Under the pieces are notes generated by a model, which made no database searches, was not told where the DNA came from, and saw nothing but the letters and a program-made list of their open reading frames with translations. Positions 36,598 through 51,737 of a stretch of 64,000 nt of DNA are shown here, one piece after another (the first letter of the stretch is position 1; every line of letters starts with the position of its first letter). Source of the stretch: Deinococcus sp. (GTDB lineage: Bacteria > Deinococcota > Deinococci > Deinococcales > Deinococcaceae). The stretch lies in NCBI GenBank assembly GCA_965261005.1, contig OZ253375.1, positions 1,120,001 through 1,184,000 of the forward strand, in the 5' to 3' direction. Both the position numbers and the translations under genes were made by a program.

Positions 36598-37239
36598 ATG
36601 AACACGCTCATCATCGGGGGGACGGGCGGCATCGGGTCGGCGCTGGCGCGAAGCTGGCCGCCGGGAACGCTATGGCTGTCCGGGCGCGACGGGGGCAAGC
36701 TGGCCCCGCTGGCGGAGGAACTCGGCGCGGCGCCGCTGACCGCCGACCTCGGCTTCGAGAGCCACGTCCGGGCGCTGTTCGGGAAAATCGGGGAACCTCT
36801 CGACACCTTGATCTACGCGGCGGGGGCCGTGCAGCCCGAGCCGCTCTCCAGCGCCACAGGGGAGGCGACCCGGCAAGTCTGGAACGCCAACTACTTCGGG
36901 GCGCTGTGGACGCTCAAATACGGGCTGCCCAAGCTGGCGCCGGGGGGGCGGGCCTACTTCCTCGGCGCCCAGCCCCAACTGGTCACGGCGCGCGGCTTCG
37001 CGCAGTACGCGGCCAGCAAGGCGGCCTTGGCGCGCGCCCTGGAGATCGCGCGGCTGGAGCACCGCAAGGCCGACCTGAGCTTGGTCTTACCGCCCGCCGT
37101 GGATACTCCACTGTGGCAACCGCTCGGCCAGCCGCCGAAGGGGGCCATGCGCCCGCAGGACGTGGCCGCCGCCCTCATCAGGAACCGCTTCGAGGAAGAG
37201 GCGGTGAACGAGCTGCTGATCGGGCCGCCCGGCGCGTAG
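36598..37239 (+). CDS. Short-chain dehydrogenase/reductase
   Basis: GGTGGIG, YAASK. Confidence 0.9.
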   Translation: MNTLIIGGTGGIGSALARSWPPGTLWLSGRDGGKLAPLAEELGAAPLTADLGFESHVRALFGKIGEPLDTLIYAAGAVQPEPLSSATGEATRQVWNANYFGALWTLKYGLPKLAPGGRAYFLGAQPQLVTARGFAQYAASKAALARALEIARLEHRKADLSLVLPPAVDTPLWQPLGQPPKGAMRPQDVAAALIRNRFEEEAVNELLIGPPGA

Positions 37240-37250
37240 GCGGGGCCGCC

Positions 37251-37658
37251 TTACTCGGCGCGGCGGCCCTGCACGAACGCGATCAGCAATATCCAAGCGA
37301 CGGCCCACAACAGCAGTGCGGCGACGATCAGGAGTTGGGCGGTTGACAGGTTGTACAGCGCCGGAAAGAACGTCAGGGCCAGGGCGTCGAGCAGCATGGC
37401 GGTAAAGCACAACACGACCGCGGCAGAAAGGACCGCCGGCCCCCGGACACCAACCGCGGTCGTTCCCAGCCACAAGAACACCCAAGCGATGGGAACAGGC
37501 AGCGCAAAGACCAGCGCCAGCGAGGCGCTGCCGGGCACCAGGACGGCCGGCCCGACAAAACGGAACATCATGGCGGCCAGAAACCACAGGATGACGCCCA
37601 GCGCGACAAAGACCGGAACGCGGATGACGGAACGAGGCGAGGTGGCAACGCTTGTCAT
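37251..37658 (-). CDS. Small membrane protein (DUF5367-like)
   Basis: Four TM segments, AMLLDALAL.FFPALY; coupled to the TetR gene. Confidence 0.7.
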   Translation of the reverse strand: MTSVATSPRSVIRVPVFVALGVILWFLAAMMFRFVGPAVLVPGSASLALVFALPVPIAWVFLWLGTTAVGVRGPAVLSAAVVLCFTAMLLDALALTFFPALYNLSTAQLLIVAALLLWAVAWILLIAFVQGRRAE

Positions 37659-38218
37659 AAGAAACCTCCTGCGAGCAGCGCGTTCTTGAGCGCGCGAAAC
37701 GCCTCGTCGGTGCGCCCCTCGTCCCCAGTCGAGAAGCGGTCAATCAAGAGGCCCGTCAGGGCGGCGAGCACGAAGTTGGTGGCGGGCGCCGGGACGTCTT
37801 TCAGGTGGGCGGTCACGACGGCCAACCAGGCTTCAATAGCCTCGCGGGCGAACTGCCGGTAGCGCTCATCGCCGTCTATGGCGTGCAGTTCGACCTCGAA
37901 GAGCGAGCGCAGAAAGGGCGTGAGTTCCGGGGACGTGAGCTGGGTCCACAGCGCGTCGAAGCGCTCGGCCGGGTCGCCGGCAAGGCCGACGCCGACCAGC
38001 GCCGTCTGCTGCCGCGCGGCGATGGCGGACAGCACCTCGACCACCAGTTGCTCTTTGGAACCGAAGTGGTACAGCAGCAGGCGCGCACTGACCCCGAGGG
38101 CGCCCGCCAAGGGGCGCAAACTGAGGTCGGTCAGGCCGCGCTCAAGCACGTAGGCGGCGGCGCGCCGCAACAAATCTGCTTTGGCCCCAAGGTTCGGCGG
38201 TCGTCCCATATCCTCCAC
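37655..38218 (-). CDS. TetR-family regulator
   Basis: LSLRPLAGALGVSARLLLYHFGSKEQL. Confidence 0.92.
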   Translation of the reverse strand: MEDMGRPPNLGAKADLLRRAAAYVLERGLTDLSLRPLAGALGVSARLLLYHFGSKEQLVVEVLSAIAARQQTALVGVGLAGDPAERFDALWTQLTSPELTPFLRSLFEVELHAIDGDERYRQFAREAIEAWLAVVTAHLKDVPAPATNFVLAALTGLLIDRFSTGDEGRTDEAFRALKNALLAGGFL

Positions 38219-38310
38219 ATCCGTTACGTGAAACGAGCGTAGAGGGAAAGGGCCGGCACGTCAAGCTTGTCGGTAAGAAAACGCTGATGCGCTCGGAATT
38301 GCAGTGAACA

Positions 38311-39231
38311 CTAGGCTTCCGGCGCCCCTTGAACGCTCGCGCGCCGTCCTCTTCCCGGCGCCGGCCAATTCGCCAGGATCACGCCCGCCAAAATCACCCC
38401 GGCCGCCAGCAACTCGGCAGGGGTCAGCCGCTCACCCAGCAAAGCGGCCCCCAGGGCCAGCGCGACCAGGGGCGCCAGGTTCTGCCAGATGGTCGTCCTC
38501 GCCGCGCCCAGCACCCGCACGCCCCCCGCCCAAGCCAGGTAGGCGAACACGTTGGCCGCCAGGGCGGTCGCGGCGAGCAGCCCCCACACCGGCAGCGGCG
38601 CCCGCACCGCCGGCAGACTGGGCAACTCGGCCAGCAGGTACGGCAGCGATCCCAACAAGATAGAAAAGGCGACGAAGGGCAGCGTCCCGAGCCGCGTGCT
38701 CAGGGGGCCGCTGAGCATGGTATAGGCCGCCCAGCTGAGGGCAGCGAGGCCCAGCAAGGCGAGGCCGGGCAAGTCCACCGCGCTGCCGGGCGTGAGCGTC
38801 TGCCCCAGCAGCCAAGCCATGCCCGCGAGCGAGATCAGCACGCCCAGCGCTTGCCGGGCGCCCGGCCGCACGCCCAGCCCCAGACCGATCAGGACCACCG
38901 CCACCGGCACGACCGCGTTGGTCAGGCCGGCGATGCCCGCCGGCGCGCGCGCGACGCCGGCCAGAAACAGCGTCTGAAAGGCGGCGTTGCCGATCAGGCC
39001 CACCCCGGCCACCTGCAACCAAGTGCGCCCGTCCCAGCGCGGCCAGCCGTGGCGCGCGACGCTCAGGGCCAGCAGAATGGCGCCAGCCAGCCCGAGCCGC
39101 AACGCGATCAGCATGCCGGGGGCAAAGTGCCCCAGCAGCAGCTTGGCCGCCACCGCGTTGGCGCCCCAAAACAGCACGGTCAGGATGACGCCCAAGTACG
39201 CGCGCAGGATCACCGGGGCAGCCTGGAGCAT
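38311..39231 (-). CDS. DMT/EamA transporter
   Basis: LFWGANAVAAK, about ten TM segments, LLGERLT. Confidence 0.9.
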   Translation of the reverse strand: MLQAAPVILRAYLGVILTVLFWGANAVAAKLLLGHFAPGMLIALRLGLAGAILLALSVARHGWPRWDGRTWLQVAGVGLIGNAAFQTLFLAGVARAPAGIAGLTNAVVPVAVVLIGLGLGVRPGARQALGVLISLAGMAWLLGQTLTPGSAVDLPGLALLGLAALSWAAYTMLSGPLSTRLGTLPFVAFSILLGSLPYLLAELPSLPAVRAPLPVWGLLAATALAANVFAYLAWAGGVRVLGAARTTIWQNLAPLVALALGAALLGERLTPAELLAAGVILAGVILANWPAPGRGRRASVQGAPEA

Positions 39232-39241
39232 TGCGCCGCGC

Positions 39242-40095
<854 letters not shown>

Positions 40096-40099
<4 letters not shown>

Positions 40100-41220
40100 G
40101 CGCGGGCCTCCCGTCTCAGCTGGCCGGCCAGGTACGGCACGATCACGACCGCGACCATGATCAGCAGCACGACGCCGATGGCGGCGCCCTTGGCGAACTG
40201 GTTGCCGCGAAAGGCGGTCAGGTACATCAGCAGGGCCGGCACGTCGGTCTGGACGTTGTCCGGGCCGGCCATCGCAAAGACGAGGTCGAAGATCTTGAGG
40301 CTGATGTGCCCGAGGATGATCATGGCGGACAGCGTAATGGGGGCCAGCAGCGGGAAGATGATGCGGCGGTAGAGCTGCCCCTCGGAGGCGCCGTCCACCC
40401 GCGCGGCCTCGCGCAGCTCGTCGGCGATGCCGCGCAAACCTGCCAGATAGAGGGCCATGGTGTAGCCCGCCATCTGCCACACCGCCGCCAGAATGATGCC
40501 GACAAAGGCGAGGTTGAAGCCGTGCAACTCGGGGTACGGCAACAGCTTGACGGTGCGGCCCAGCGTGACGGCCCACAGCAGCAGGATAGCTGCCGACCCG
40601 ATGGCGACCCAGGCGCGCGCCCGCTGCCCCTCCCGGAAGGCGTTAAAGGCCACCCAGCCCAGCACCAAGGCCACCACGACCGCCGTGATCAGGGGCAAAT
40701 TGTTCCAATCAAAGGCCCACACGCTGGCGCGCGAGGTCAGCCAGCCGAAGCTGCCCTCGGGCAAACCGAACACGGCCGGAAACTGGTTCACCCCACCCTG
40801 AGGCTGCAACATCCAGCGCCAGATGGTGCCGGTGACGATAAAGGAGAGGCTCATGGGAAACAGAAAAACGGTGCGAAAGAGGCCCTCTCCCCTGGGGTTG
40901 CGGTCGAGCATCATCGCGAGGCCCAGGCCGATGCCCAGACAGCCCAGCAAAAAGAAGCCCGTGAAGAAGAGCGAGCTGATCAGGTCTTGCCGGAAGCGGG
41001 CATCCAAAAAGCCGCCGAACAGCTCCCCAAAGTTCACCAGGCCGATATAGTGGATCACCGGATTGAGGGCCAGCGCCTGCGCCGGGTCCTTGCCCCAATC
41101 GGTCAGGGCGGTGTAGCCCGTGCGCGCGATAAAGCCGTACACGAAAATCGCCAGCAGCGCCAGCGAGGGCAGCAGCACCAACACGGCGGTCAACTGGTCG
41201 CGGTTGCGAAACCATCTCAT
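40096..41220 (-). CDS. Carbohydrate ABC permease (GlcF-like)
   Basis: [12 protein letters not shown] motif. Confidence 0.92.
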
Positions 41221-41259
41221 ACATCACCCCTAGCGCCACCATCTAGCGTCAACAGTAAA

Positions 41260-41293
41260 GTGTGGGACGCGGGCCATAACCCACATCCCACAC
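41260..41293. repeat. Intergenic hairpin between the SBP and permease genes
   Basis: GTGTGGGA...TCCCACAC stem. Confidence 0.5.
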
Positions 41294-41308
41294 CCTACAG
41301 CTTTTCTT

Positions 41309-42543
<1,235 letters not shown>

Positions 42544-42635
42544 AAGACTCCTTTGAGCACGGGGCAAGATGCCCGAGCTTGTTTGAACGGTGCCATGAAG
42601 GTACGCTCAGCGGTTTTTGCTTACCGGGAGCTTTA

Positions 42636-43529
42636 TCACAAACGCAAGTCCACGTCGCCGTGGGCGAACTGCTCGGGTTCGATGTGGATGATCACGCTGC
42701 CCCCCGGCAAGCGGGCGTCAATGGCGGCCTCGATGCGGTCGCACAAATCGTGCCCGGCCTGCAAGGTCAGCGCGGCGGGCAGCACCAGATGAAAGTCCAC
42801 AAAGGTCCGGGGACCGGCGCGGCGCGTGCGCAGGTCGTGGACCTCGATGAACTCCGGGCGGAAGCGCTCGATGGTGGCGACCACGGCGCGCACCTCTTCT
42901 TCCGGCAAGCGCTCGTCGAGCAGGCCCGCCAGCGAGCCGCGTACCACCCGCCAGCCGAGCCACAGCACGCCGGCGGCTACCAACAGGCCGATCACGGGGT
43001 CGAGCCAGGCCCAGCCGGTGAAGATGGCGACCAGGACGCCCGCCAGCACCGCCGCCGAGGTCCACACGTCGGACAGCAGGTGTTGCCCGTCGGCCTCCAG
43101 CGCAATGGACCGGGTTTGCCGGCCCGCCCGCAGCAGCCGCAAACCGACCGCCAAGTTGACCAGGCTCGCCAGCGCCGTCAGGCCGAGGCCCAGCCAATCG
43201 GCGCTGGGGACCTGCAAGTTCATCAGGCGCGACAGCGAACTCTGCACGATCAAAACGCCCGCCACGCCGATCAGCAGCCCCTCCAGAAAGCTGGAAACGT
43301 ACTCGGCCTTGTTGTGGCCGTAGGGATGGTTCTCGTCGGCCGGCAAGGCGCTCAGGCGCAGGGTGACGGCCAGCAGCAGGGCGGCGGCCACGTTCACCAC
43401 GCTTTCGAGCGCGTCCGAGAGGATGGCGACCGAGCCGGTCAGGGCGTAGCCGCCCAGCTTGAGGCCGAACACCAAGACGCCCGCCACGAGGCTCAGGCGG
43501 GCGTAGCCTTGGTTGGTCCCGGCGCTCAC
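42636..43529 (-). CDS. Cation diffusion facilitator transporter
   Basis: SDALES, HPYGHNKAE, HLLSD, IHIEP. Confidence 0.93.
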   Translation of the reverse strand: MSAGTNQGYARLSLVAGVLVFGLKLGGYALTGSVAILSDALESVVNVAAALLLAVTLRLSALPADENHPYGHNKAEYVSSFLEGLLIGVAGVLIVQSSLSRLMNLQVPSADWLGLGLTALASLVNLAVGLRLLRAGRQTRSIALEADGQHLLSDVWTSAAVLAGVLVAIFTGWAWLDPVIGLLVAAGVLWLGWRVVRGSLAGLLDERLPEEEVRAVVATIERFRPEFIEVHDLRTRRAGPRTFVDFHLVLPAALTLQAGHDLCDRIEAAIDARLPGGSVIIHIEPEQFAHGDVDLRL

Positions 43530-43534
43530 GGCAG

Positions 43535-45064
<1,530 letters not shown>

Positions 45065-45089
45065 ACGGGCAAGTATAGCCGCCCACTTT

Positions 45090-45569
45090 TTAGTACTCGA
45101 TACTCTGCACCTTGTACTTGGCTTGCCGGGCGCCCAAGTTCACCACAAAGCTCTCGCCGACCTTGCGGCCCAGCAGTTGGGTGCCCACCGGGCTGTCGTC
45201 GCTGATTCTCGGTAGGCCCCCGCCCAGCACGCTGGCCTCGGGGGCGCTGACCAGTTGCACGCGCATCTCGCGCCCGCCTTGCTCGTCGAGCAGCACGACG
45301 ATGGCGCCCAGCGAGGCGCGCCCGGCGTCCCCGCCGTGGTCGTCCATCACTTGGGCGCGCGAGAGGGTGTCCTCCAACTCCTCAATGCGCACCTCGATGT
45401 TCATCTTTTCGCGCTTGGCGTCCTCCAAGCCGGTGTCCTCGGAGTCCGAGGCCGCCTCCATCTGCTCTTGCAAAATGCGGGTGGCCTCGGTCAGCCGGTT
45501 CTGTTCGTGGGCCAGCGCTTTTTCGAGGCGCTCGTAGCCTTCCCGCGTCAACTTGATTTCACGTGCCAC
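45090..45569 (-). CDS. gfh1: Gre-factor homolog (Gfh1-type) rather than GreA
   Basis: [14 protein letters not shown]...[23 protein letters not shown]; lacks the GreA GDLSENAEY tip; SD GGAGG before GTG. Confidence 0.8.
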   Translation of the reverse strand: MAREIKLTREGYERLEKALAHEQNRLTEATRILQEQMEAASDSEDTGLEDAKREKMNIEVRIEELEDTLSRAQVMDDHGGDAGRASLGAIVVLLDEQGGREMRVQLVSAPEASVLGGGLPRISDDSPVGTQLLGRKVGESFVVNLGARQAKYKVQSIEY

Positions 45570-45627
45570 GCTGCCCTCCAGATTTTCGCCGTATTGTGGC
45601 ATACAACCCCGCCAGCGGCAACGCGGC

Positions 45628-46017
45628 TCAATGGTCCAGCAAACGGTCGCGCAGCGCGCTCAAGCCCGCGCGACCGGCCCGTCCCTGACAATGCTGGGTG
45701 CTCAGGCAAAGGGTCACGTAGCGGTAGCGCCGCCCGCCCGGCGCGCCCTGCCCACTCTGCGCGGCGCGGTAGATGCCCACCTCGGCGCGGGCGCGCGTGA
45801 CATGGCACAAGTCGCAGTGGTAGGCGCGCTTGCCAACCGGCTCCAGCGGCTCCAGCTCGATCAGCGCGCCGCCGCTGACCAGGGCCAGCTTGCCGTCGGC
45901 CACAGGAAAGAGGCCCAGCGTCGGTCCCTTGGCGCCGTCCTGCCCGCCTCCGAACAGCTCGCGGGCCGTGTCCGGAAACAGCTCTTGCAACAGGTCGTGT
46001 TCGGTGTGGCCCTTCAT
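45628..46017 (-). CDS. Small four-cysteine zinc-finger protein
   Basis: CDLC...C-x5-C; -10 TATACT precedes the ATG. Confidence 0.7.
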   Translation of the reverse strand: MKGHTEHDLLQELFPDTARELFGGGQDGAKGPTLGLFPVADGKLALVSGGALIELEPLEPVGKRAYHCDLCHVTRARAEVGIYRAAQSGQGAPGGRRYRYVTLCLSTQHCQGRAGRAGLSALRDRLLDH

Positions 46018-46097
46018 GGGGGCAGTATAGGTGGGGCGGCCGGGAGGGGATTCTGGGGGGAGTCACGTTGGAGACAACCGCGTTACAGTGCGCGCCC

Positions 46098-46114
46098 TTA
46101 CGCCGAGAACATAA
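46098..46114. promoter_or_regulatory. RDRM-like box upstream of recO
   Basis: TTACGCCGAGAACATAA (17 bp). Confidence 0.65.
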
Positions 46115-46161
46115 CGTGCTGAGGTCACGCCGCCCCCCACGGCGCGGCGCTAGACTGCCGC

Positions 46162-46908
46162 GTGTCTTCCCGCCACGCCAACCGCAGCGGCATCGTGTTG
46201 CGGCGTTTCGTGACCACCGCCGGCGACGTGATCCTGACCCTGCTCACCCCGCAGGGCAAGCTCAAGGCCATCGCGCGCGGCGGGGCGCGCGGGGTGCAGA
46301 AGAGCAAGCTGAACTTGTTTCAGCATTTGGCCGTGCAGACCTACGCCACGCCGAAGAGCGATTTGCCGACCGTGCAACAGGTGGCCTTGGAGGGCGCCTT
46401 GCCGCGCCTCGCGGACCCTGGCCGCTACGGCTACGCCCATTTGCTGGCCGAGCTGAGCGACGCCCTGTTTCAGGAAGGCGAGCCGGCCGAGCAGGCCTTT
46501 GAGCTGTTCGCCGGCGCGCTGCGCGGCGTCAGCCACCACGCCGACCCGGAGTGGGTGGCCTACGTGATGGGCTTCAAGCTGCTGGCCCTCTCCGGCTTCG
46601 TGCCGCGCGCCGCCAGCTGCGCGCGCTGCGGCGCGGCGGACCCCAGGCACCCCGATCCCCTCAGCGGCCACCTGGTCTGCGGCAACTGCGCCGAGCTGCC
46701 CGCCTTGCCGGGGGAGGTGGTCGCCTTTTACCGCGAGGCGCCGCGCACCACCGTTCGCGCGCTGATGCACGCGCCGCTGCCCGAGAACACGCGCCCGGCG
46801 GCGTGGCGCTCGCTGGAGCGCTTCGTGGCGCTGCACGTGGGCGAGCTGCGGTCGTGGCGCGGTTTGCCGCACGAGGGGGTGCGGCGCGAAGTCGGCAGCG
46901 GGGCTTAA
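46162..46908 (+). CDS. recO: DNA repair protein RecO
   Basis: [20 protein letters not shown], CxxC...CxxC zinc finger. Confidence 0.93.
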   Translation: MSSRHANRSGIVLRRFVTTAGDVILTLLTPQGKLKAIARGGARGVQKSKLNLFQHLAVQTYATPKSDLPTVQQVALEGALPRLADPGRYGYAHLLAELSDALFQEGEPAEQAFELFAGALRGVSHHADPEWVAYVMGFKLLALSGFVPRAASCARCGAADPRHPDPLSGHLVCGNCAELPALPGEVVAFYREAPRTTVRALMHAPLPENTRPAAWRSLERFVALHVGELRSWRGLPHEGVRREVGSGA

Positions 46909-46921
46909 CCCAGCCGCTCGT

Positions 46922-48250
46922 CTAGCCCAGCAGCTCGTCCACCATCAAGGCGCCGCCCAGCACCGCCGGCAAGCCGCCGCCGGGATGCACGCCCGCCCCG
47001 ACCTGCCACAGGCGCGGCCCCAAACGGTACGGCTCGGGGTGAAACGGGCCGGCGCGCCAGGGGGAAAAGACCCGCCCGTAGATAGCCCCGCCGGCGGCGC
47101 CCCCGAGGGCGTAGTGCGCCGGCGTGAGGGTCAGGGCGCCGCGCAGGGTAGCGCGCAGGGAAACGTCGAGCAGACCTTCCAAGCGCTCCACTTGCCCCAC
47201 CACCCAAGGATGGTCCGCATCGAGGGGCCGCCCGGTCGGCGGCGCCGCGAGCAGCACCGATAGCTGGCCGTTCAGGTGGTGGATCAGGGCCAGCGTGTCG
47301 GGCGGCAGGGCGCGCAGACGCAAAGCCGCCTCAAACGAACCGAAGTCGCTGGGCGGCACGACCGTGGTGGGGGGCAGGGCGAGGTGCGGGGCGGGCGCGT
47401 ACAGCCCGACGCCGGACACGCTCAGCGGGGCGGGGCGGGCGGGACGGCCCAGCAGTTCTCCCAGCCGCGCGGGGTCGAGGGCCGACACCAGCACGCCGAA
47501 GCGGCGCGCGCCCGATGTTGTCGTCAGGCTGCCAGTGCGCGGATCAAGGGCCAGGGCCGGCGCGTGCGCTTGCAGCTCGGCCCCGCGCGCCCTCGCAAAA
47601 TCAATCAGCGTCTCCACCAGCGCGAACATGCCCCCCGCCGGGCGCCACACGTCCCGCGCGATCAGGGCCGGCAGCAGGGCGTACAGGGCGGGCGCGCGGC
47701 GCGGGGGCACGCCGGCGTTGAGCGCGTGAACGGCCAGCGCGGCGTGCAAGGGCGGCGGGAAGTTCCGGGCGCGCAGCCACCCCTCGGCGCTGAGGTGCGG
47801 CCACACCACCCGGCCCAGCGCGAGGCTCGCCCGCAAAAAGGCGGATTCCAACGGGCGCGGCGGCGTGGTCAACAGGGTCTCGACGTGCGGCTTCAGGGGC
47901 GCGACCTCCGCCTCGTAGCGCGCCCAGTGGGGAAACAGCGGGTGATTCGGCGGCACGGGTAGCGGCAGCCGAACGCCCTGCACGAGGTGGTCGCCCAAGC
48001 CGGGCAAACGCTCCAGGGCCAGCGGGTCGGTTTCGCCCAGCCGCGCCAGGAAGCGGCGCCACACGCCGGGAAAGGTGAACAGCGACGGCCCGGTGTCCAC
48101 GGCCGAGCCGCCGACCTCATGCCGCTCCAGCTTACCGCCCAACTCGGCGCGTTCGCAGAGCGTGACGGCGTGCCCGCGCCCGGCCAAAAGGGCGGCCAGC
48201 GCCAGACCGGCGACGCCCCCACCCACAATGCCGACAGAACGGCCCAGCAA
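46922..48250 (-). CDS. Phytoene desaturase-family (CrtI/CrtD-like) oxidoreductase
   Basis: [33 protein letters not shown] start inferred. Confidence 0.85.
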   Translation of the reverse strand: MLGRSVGIVGGGVAGLALAALLAGRGHAVTLCERAELGGKLERHEVGGSAVDTGPSLFTFPGVWRRFLARLGETDPLALERLPGLGDHLVQGVRLPLPVPPNHPLFPHWARYEAEVAPLKPHVETLLTTPPRPLESAFLRASLALGRVVWPHLSAEGWLRARNFPPPLHAALAVHALNAGVPPRRAPALYALLPALIARDVWRPAGGMFALVETLIDFARARGAELQAHAPALALDPRTGSLTTTSGARRFGVLVSALDPARLGELLGRPARPAPLSVSGVGLYAPAPHLALPPTTVVPPSDFGSFEAALRLRALPPDTLALIHHLNGQLSVLLAAPPTGRPLDADHPWVVGQVERLEGLLDVSLRATLRGALTLTPAHYALGGAAGGAIYGRVFSPWRAGPFHPEPYRLGPRLWQVGAGVHPGGGLPAVLGGALMVDELLG

Positions 48251-48251
48251 G

Positions 48252-49130
48252 CTAGCCTCCCCGCGCGAGCAGGTACACCAGCGGCATCCCCAGCGCCACG
48301 CCCAGCAGCCACGGGCTGAGCAGCGAGGCGGGGTACAGCGCGCGGGCGCGCGCCTCGCACGGGCGGCGCAGCAGGTCGAGGGCCAAGCCGCCGCTGAGGG
48401 TCCACAACACCAGCGCGCCCGCCGGGCCGTGCGGCCACAGCAGCGCGCCGGCGAGGGCGAACCAAGCGAGGCTCCAGCGGGCCGCGCCGCGCACGCCCAG
48501 CCACACCGCGATGGTCCGCACGCCCGCCGCCGCGTCCGCCCCCGTGTCCTGCGCGGCGTCAAAGGCGTGCTTGCCCACCGCCCAAGCCATCAGGGCGGCC
48601 AGCACGCCGAGGGGCGGCTGGGTATTCAGCAGCAGCGCGGGCACGACCAGCGGCAGGGCGTAGGCGACGTTGGCGAGCGAGTCAAGCGGCGCGCGCCCCT
48701 TGAGGCGCGCCGGGGGCAGCGAGTACAGCGCGAAGAGCGCGGCGCTCAGCAGCAAGACGCCAAGCGCCCCCGGCGGGTACCTGAGCGCGAAGTACAGCGC
48801 GAAGGGCAGGTTCAGCGCCAGGATGCTGAGCGGCAGCGGCCTCACCTCCCCGCGCCGCAGCCGCGCTCCTTGCCAGCCCCCCTTGCGCGCGCTCAGGGCG
48901 TCCTCGGCGCCGTCGCTCAGGTCGTTCAGGCCGTAGATCAGCAGGTTGTAGGGCCAAGTCAGCCACAGCAACAGGGCCAACACGTGTGGGTCCGGGGTCC
49001 ACAGCCGGCCCGCCAGCCACAAGCCCACCACGCCCACGCCCAGCGTGTTGATCCACAGCGCGGGCCGCGACACCAGCAGCAGCCGGGCGGGCCAAGCGAG
49101 CGTGAGGGGCTTGAGCGCGCGGCGTTCCAT
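48252..49130 (-). CDS. UbiA-family prenyltransferase, lycopene elongase (CrtEb/LyeJ)-like
   Basis: [55 protein letters not shown]. Confidence 0.8.
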   Translation of the reverse strand: MERRALKPLTLAWPARLLLVSRPALWINTLGVGVVGLWLAGRLWTPDPHVLALLLWLTWPYNLLIYGLNDLSDGAEDALSARKGGWQGARLRRGEVRPLPLSILALNLPFALYFALRYPPGALGVLLLSAALFALYSLPPARLKGRAPLDSLANVAYALPLVVPALLLNTQPPLGVLAALMAWAVGKHAFDAAQDTGADAAAGVRTIAVWLGVRGAARWSLAWFALAGALLWPHGPAGALVLWTLSGGLALDLLRRPCEARARALYPASLLSPWLLGVALGMPLVYLLARGG

Positions 49131-49145
49131 GGGGGGCGCAGTCTA

Positions 49146-49988
49146 TCAACTGAAGGCGGTCTGCATGTCCTGGGCGCGCCGGGCGAGGTCGCCCAGGTTC
49201 GCGTATTCCAGGCCCAGCGCCGGCGCCACCACTTCGGTTGGCAGGTTGCCCACCAAGGCGTCGCCCGCGAAAGGACAGCCGCCCACGCCGCCCAGGGCGC
49301 CCTCGAACCACAGAATGCCCGCCTCACGCGCCGCCCCCATCAGTTCGAGGGCGCGCTCCGGCCGGCCGTGCAGGTGAACGCCCAAACCGGCCGCCCCGAA
49401 GCGCGCCACCGCTCCCCGGCAGACCTCCCCCACCAGGGCGGCGTCCGCTCGGCCCACCGTGTCGCTGAGCGCCACGTCCCACACGCCCAGATCGCGCAGC
49501 CGGGCCACGGCGTCCAGCGTCACCCCCGGCGACCACGCCTCGCCGTCGGGATTGCCGAAGCCCATCGAGAGGTAGACCACCAATCGCTTGCCCGCCCCAG
49601 CGACGAGGTCGCGCAACTCACCCAGCAGCGGCCACGACTCGGCGAGGCTCTTGCCGGTGTTGCGCCGCTGAAAGGCGTCCGAGACCGAGAGCGGGTAGCC
49701 CAAGCTGGTCAGCTTGGGCTGAGTCTGCGCGCGCTCCACGCCGCGCACGTTGGCGACGATGCACAGGTAGTCGCGCCCGGCCGGTTCCGGCAGGTCGGCC
49801 AGAACGCGCTCGGTGTCGGCCAACTGCGGCACGGCGGCGGGGCTAACCAGGGAGCCGAGGTCAAGGTGCCTAAAGCCCGCCGAGAGCAGCCCTTGCAGGT
49901 AGGCCACCTTTTCGGCGGTGGGGATGGGGCGGGTCAGCCCTTGCCAAGCGTCGCGCGGGCACTCCACGTACTGTATCCCTACCTTCAC
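49146..49988 (-). CDS. Hydroxymethylglutaryl-CoA lyase
   Basis: ECPRDAWQ, GVHLH, GGCPFA...GNLPTE. Confidence 0.9.
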   Translation of the reverse strand: MKVGIQYVECPRDAWQGLTRPIPTAEKVAYLQGLLSAGFRHLDLGSLVSPAAVPQLADTERVLADLPEPAGRDYLCIVANVRGVERAQTQPKLTSLGYPLSVSDAFQRRNTGKSLAESWPLLGELRDLVAGAGKRLVVYLSMGFGNPDGEAWSPGVTLDAVARLRDLGVWDVALSDTVGRADAALVGEVCRGAVARFGAAGLGVHLHGRPERALELMGAAREAGILWFEGALGGVGGCPFAGDALVGNLPTEVVAPALGLEYANLGDLARRAQDMQTAFS

Positions 49989-50130
49989 GCCACGAGTATA
50001 GAGAAGGAGGCAACGTCACAAGTCGTACCGACAACGTGAACCGGAACAGCTACAAATGTAGTGTGCCGGAATGCCGGTTGCCGGAGGTCGCCTTGAACTA
50101 CGCCCACATCAACACCGAATGCAGCGCCGA

Positions 50131-50781
50131 ATGTCCGCGCAACTGGCCCGCTCGGGAGCGCCCTTGAGCGCCCGCAAGCACCGGTATCAGCGCGGCGAGG
50201 TCATCTACCGCCAAGGCGAGACGGCCGGCGGCGTGTACCGGGCCGAGACCGGCTTCGTACGGCTGGCCAAGACCACCGGGCGCGGCCGGGTCATCACGCT
50301 ACGCCACGTGCTGCCCGGCGACTTTTTCGGCGAGGACGCGTTGGCGCCGGGCGGCCCGACCAGCCATCCGCACGGCGCCGAGGCCCTGACCGGGGCGAGC
50401 ATCGTGCGCCTTGAACCGGGGGACGTGCGGGGCGAGGTGCTGCTCGACTTGGCGCGCAGCCTCGGGGCGCAGTTGCGGCGCGCCATGAGCTTCGAGGTCC
50501 ACCTGCAAAGCGGCGACCTGCGGCAGCGCGTCGTGCGCTACCTGCTCGAACTCGCCGACACGCCGCTGGGCGCCGAGGACGCCGAGAACCGTTTGTACGT
50601 GCGCGCCACCCACGAGCTGCTGGCCGAGGGCAGCGCCAGCACCCGCGAAAGCGTCAGCAAGATCGTCACCGAACTGCGCGAGGCGGGCCTGATCGAGAGC
50701 GGCTACCGCCACATCACCCTGCTCGACTTGCCGGGCTTGCAGGCCGTGGCGACGCGCGCGGCGCTGGGGGAGCAGGGGTAA
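50131..50781 (+). CDS. Crp/Fnr-family regulator (LdrP-like); start uncertain
   Basis: PGDFFGE, THELLAEGSASTRESVSK HTH. An SD GGAGGT precedes an out-of-frame TTG at 50093. Confidence 0.88.
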   Translation: MSAQLARSGAPLSARKHRYQRGEVIYRQGETAGGVYRAETGFVRLAKTTGRGRVITLRHVLPGDFFGEDALAPGGPTSHPHGAEALTGASIVRLEPGDVRGEVLLDLARSLGAQLRRAMSFEVHLQSGDLRQRVVRYLLELADTPLGAEDAENRLYVRATHELLAEGSASTRESVSKIVTELREAGLIESGYRHITLLDLPGLQAVATRAALGEQG

Positions 50782-50799
50782 GGTTAAGAAGGAGGCAAT

Positions 50800-51675
<876 letters not shown>

Positions 51676-51737
51676 GGCAGTAAACAGGGGCAACGGGCCG
51701 CACAATGCCCGCGCGCCCGCGCGGCTATGCTGGGCGC

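Noticed and set aside
45090..45602. Annotation as greA
   Set aside because: Lacks the GreA catalytic tip; fits Gfh-type factors.
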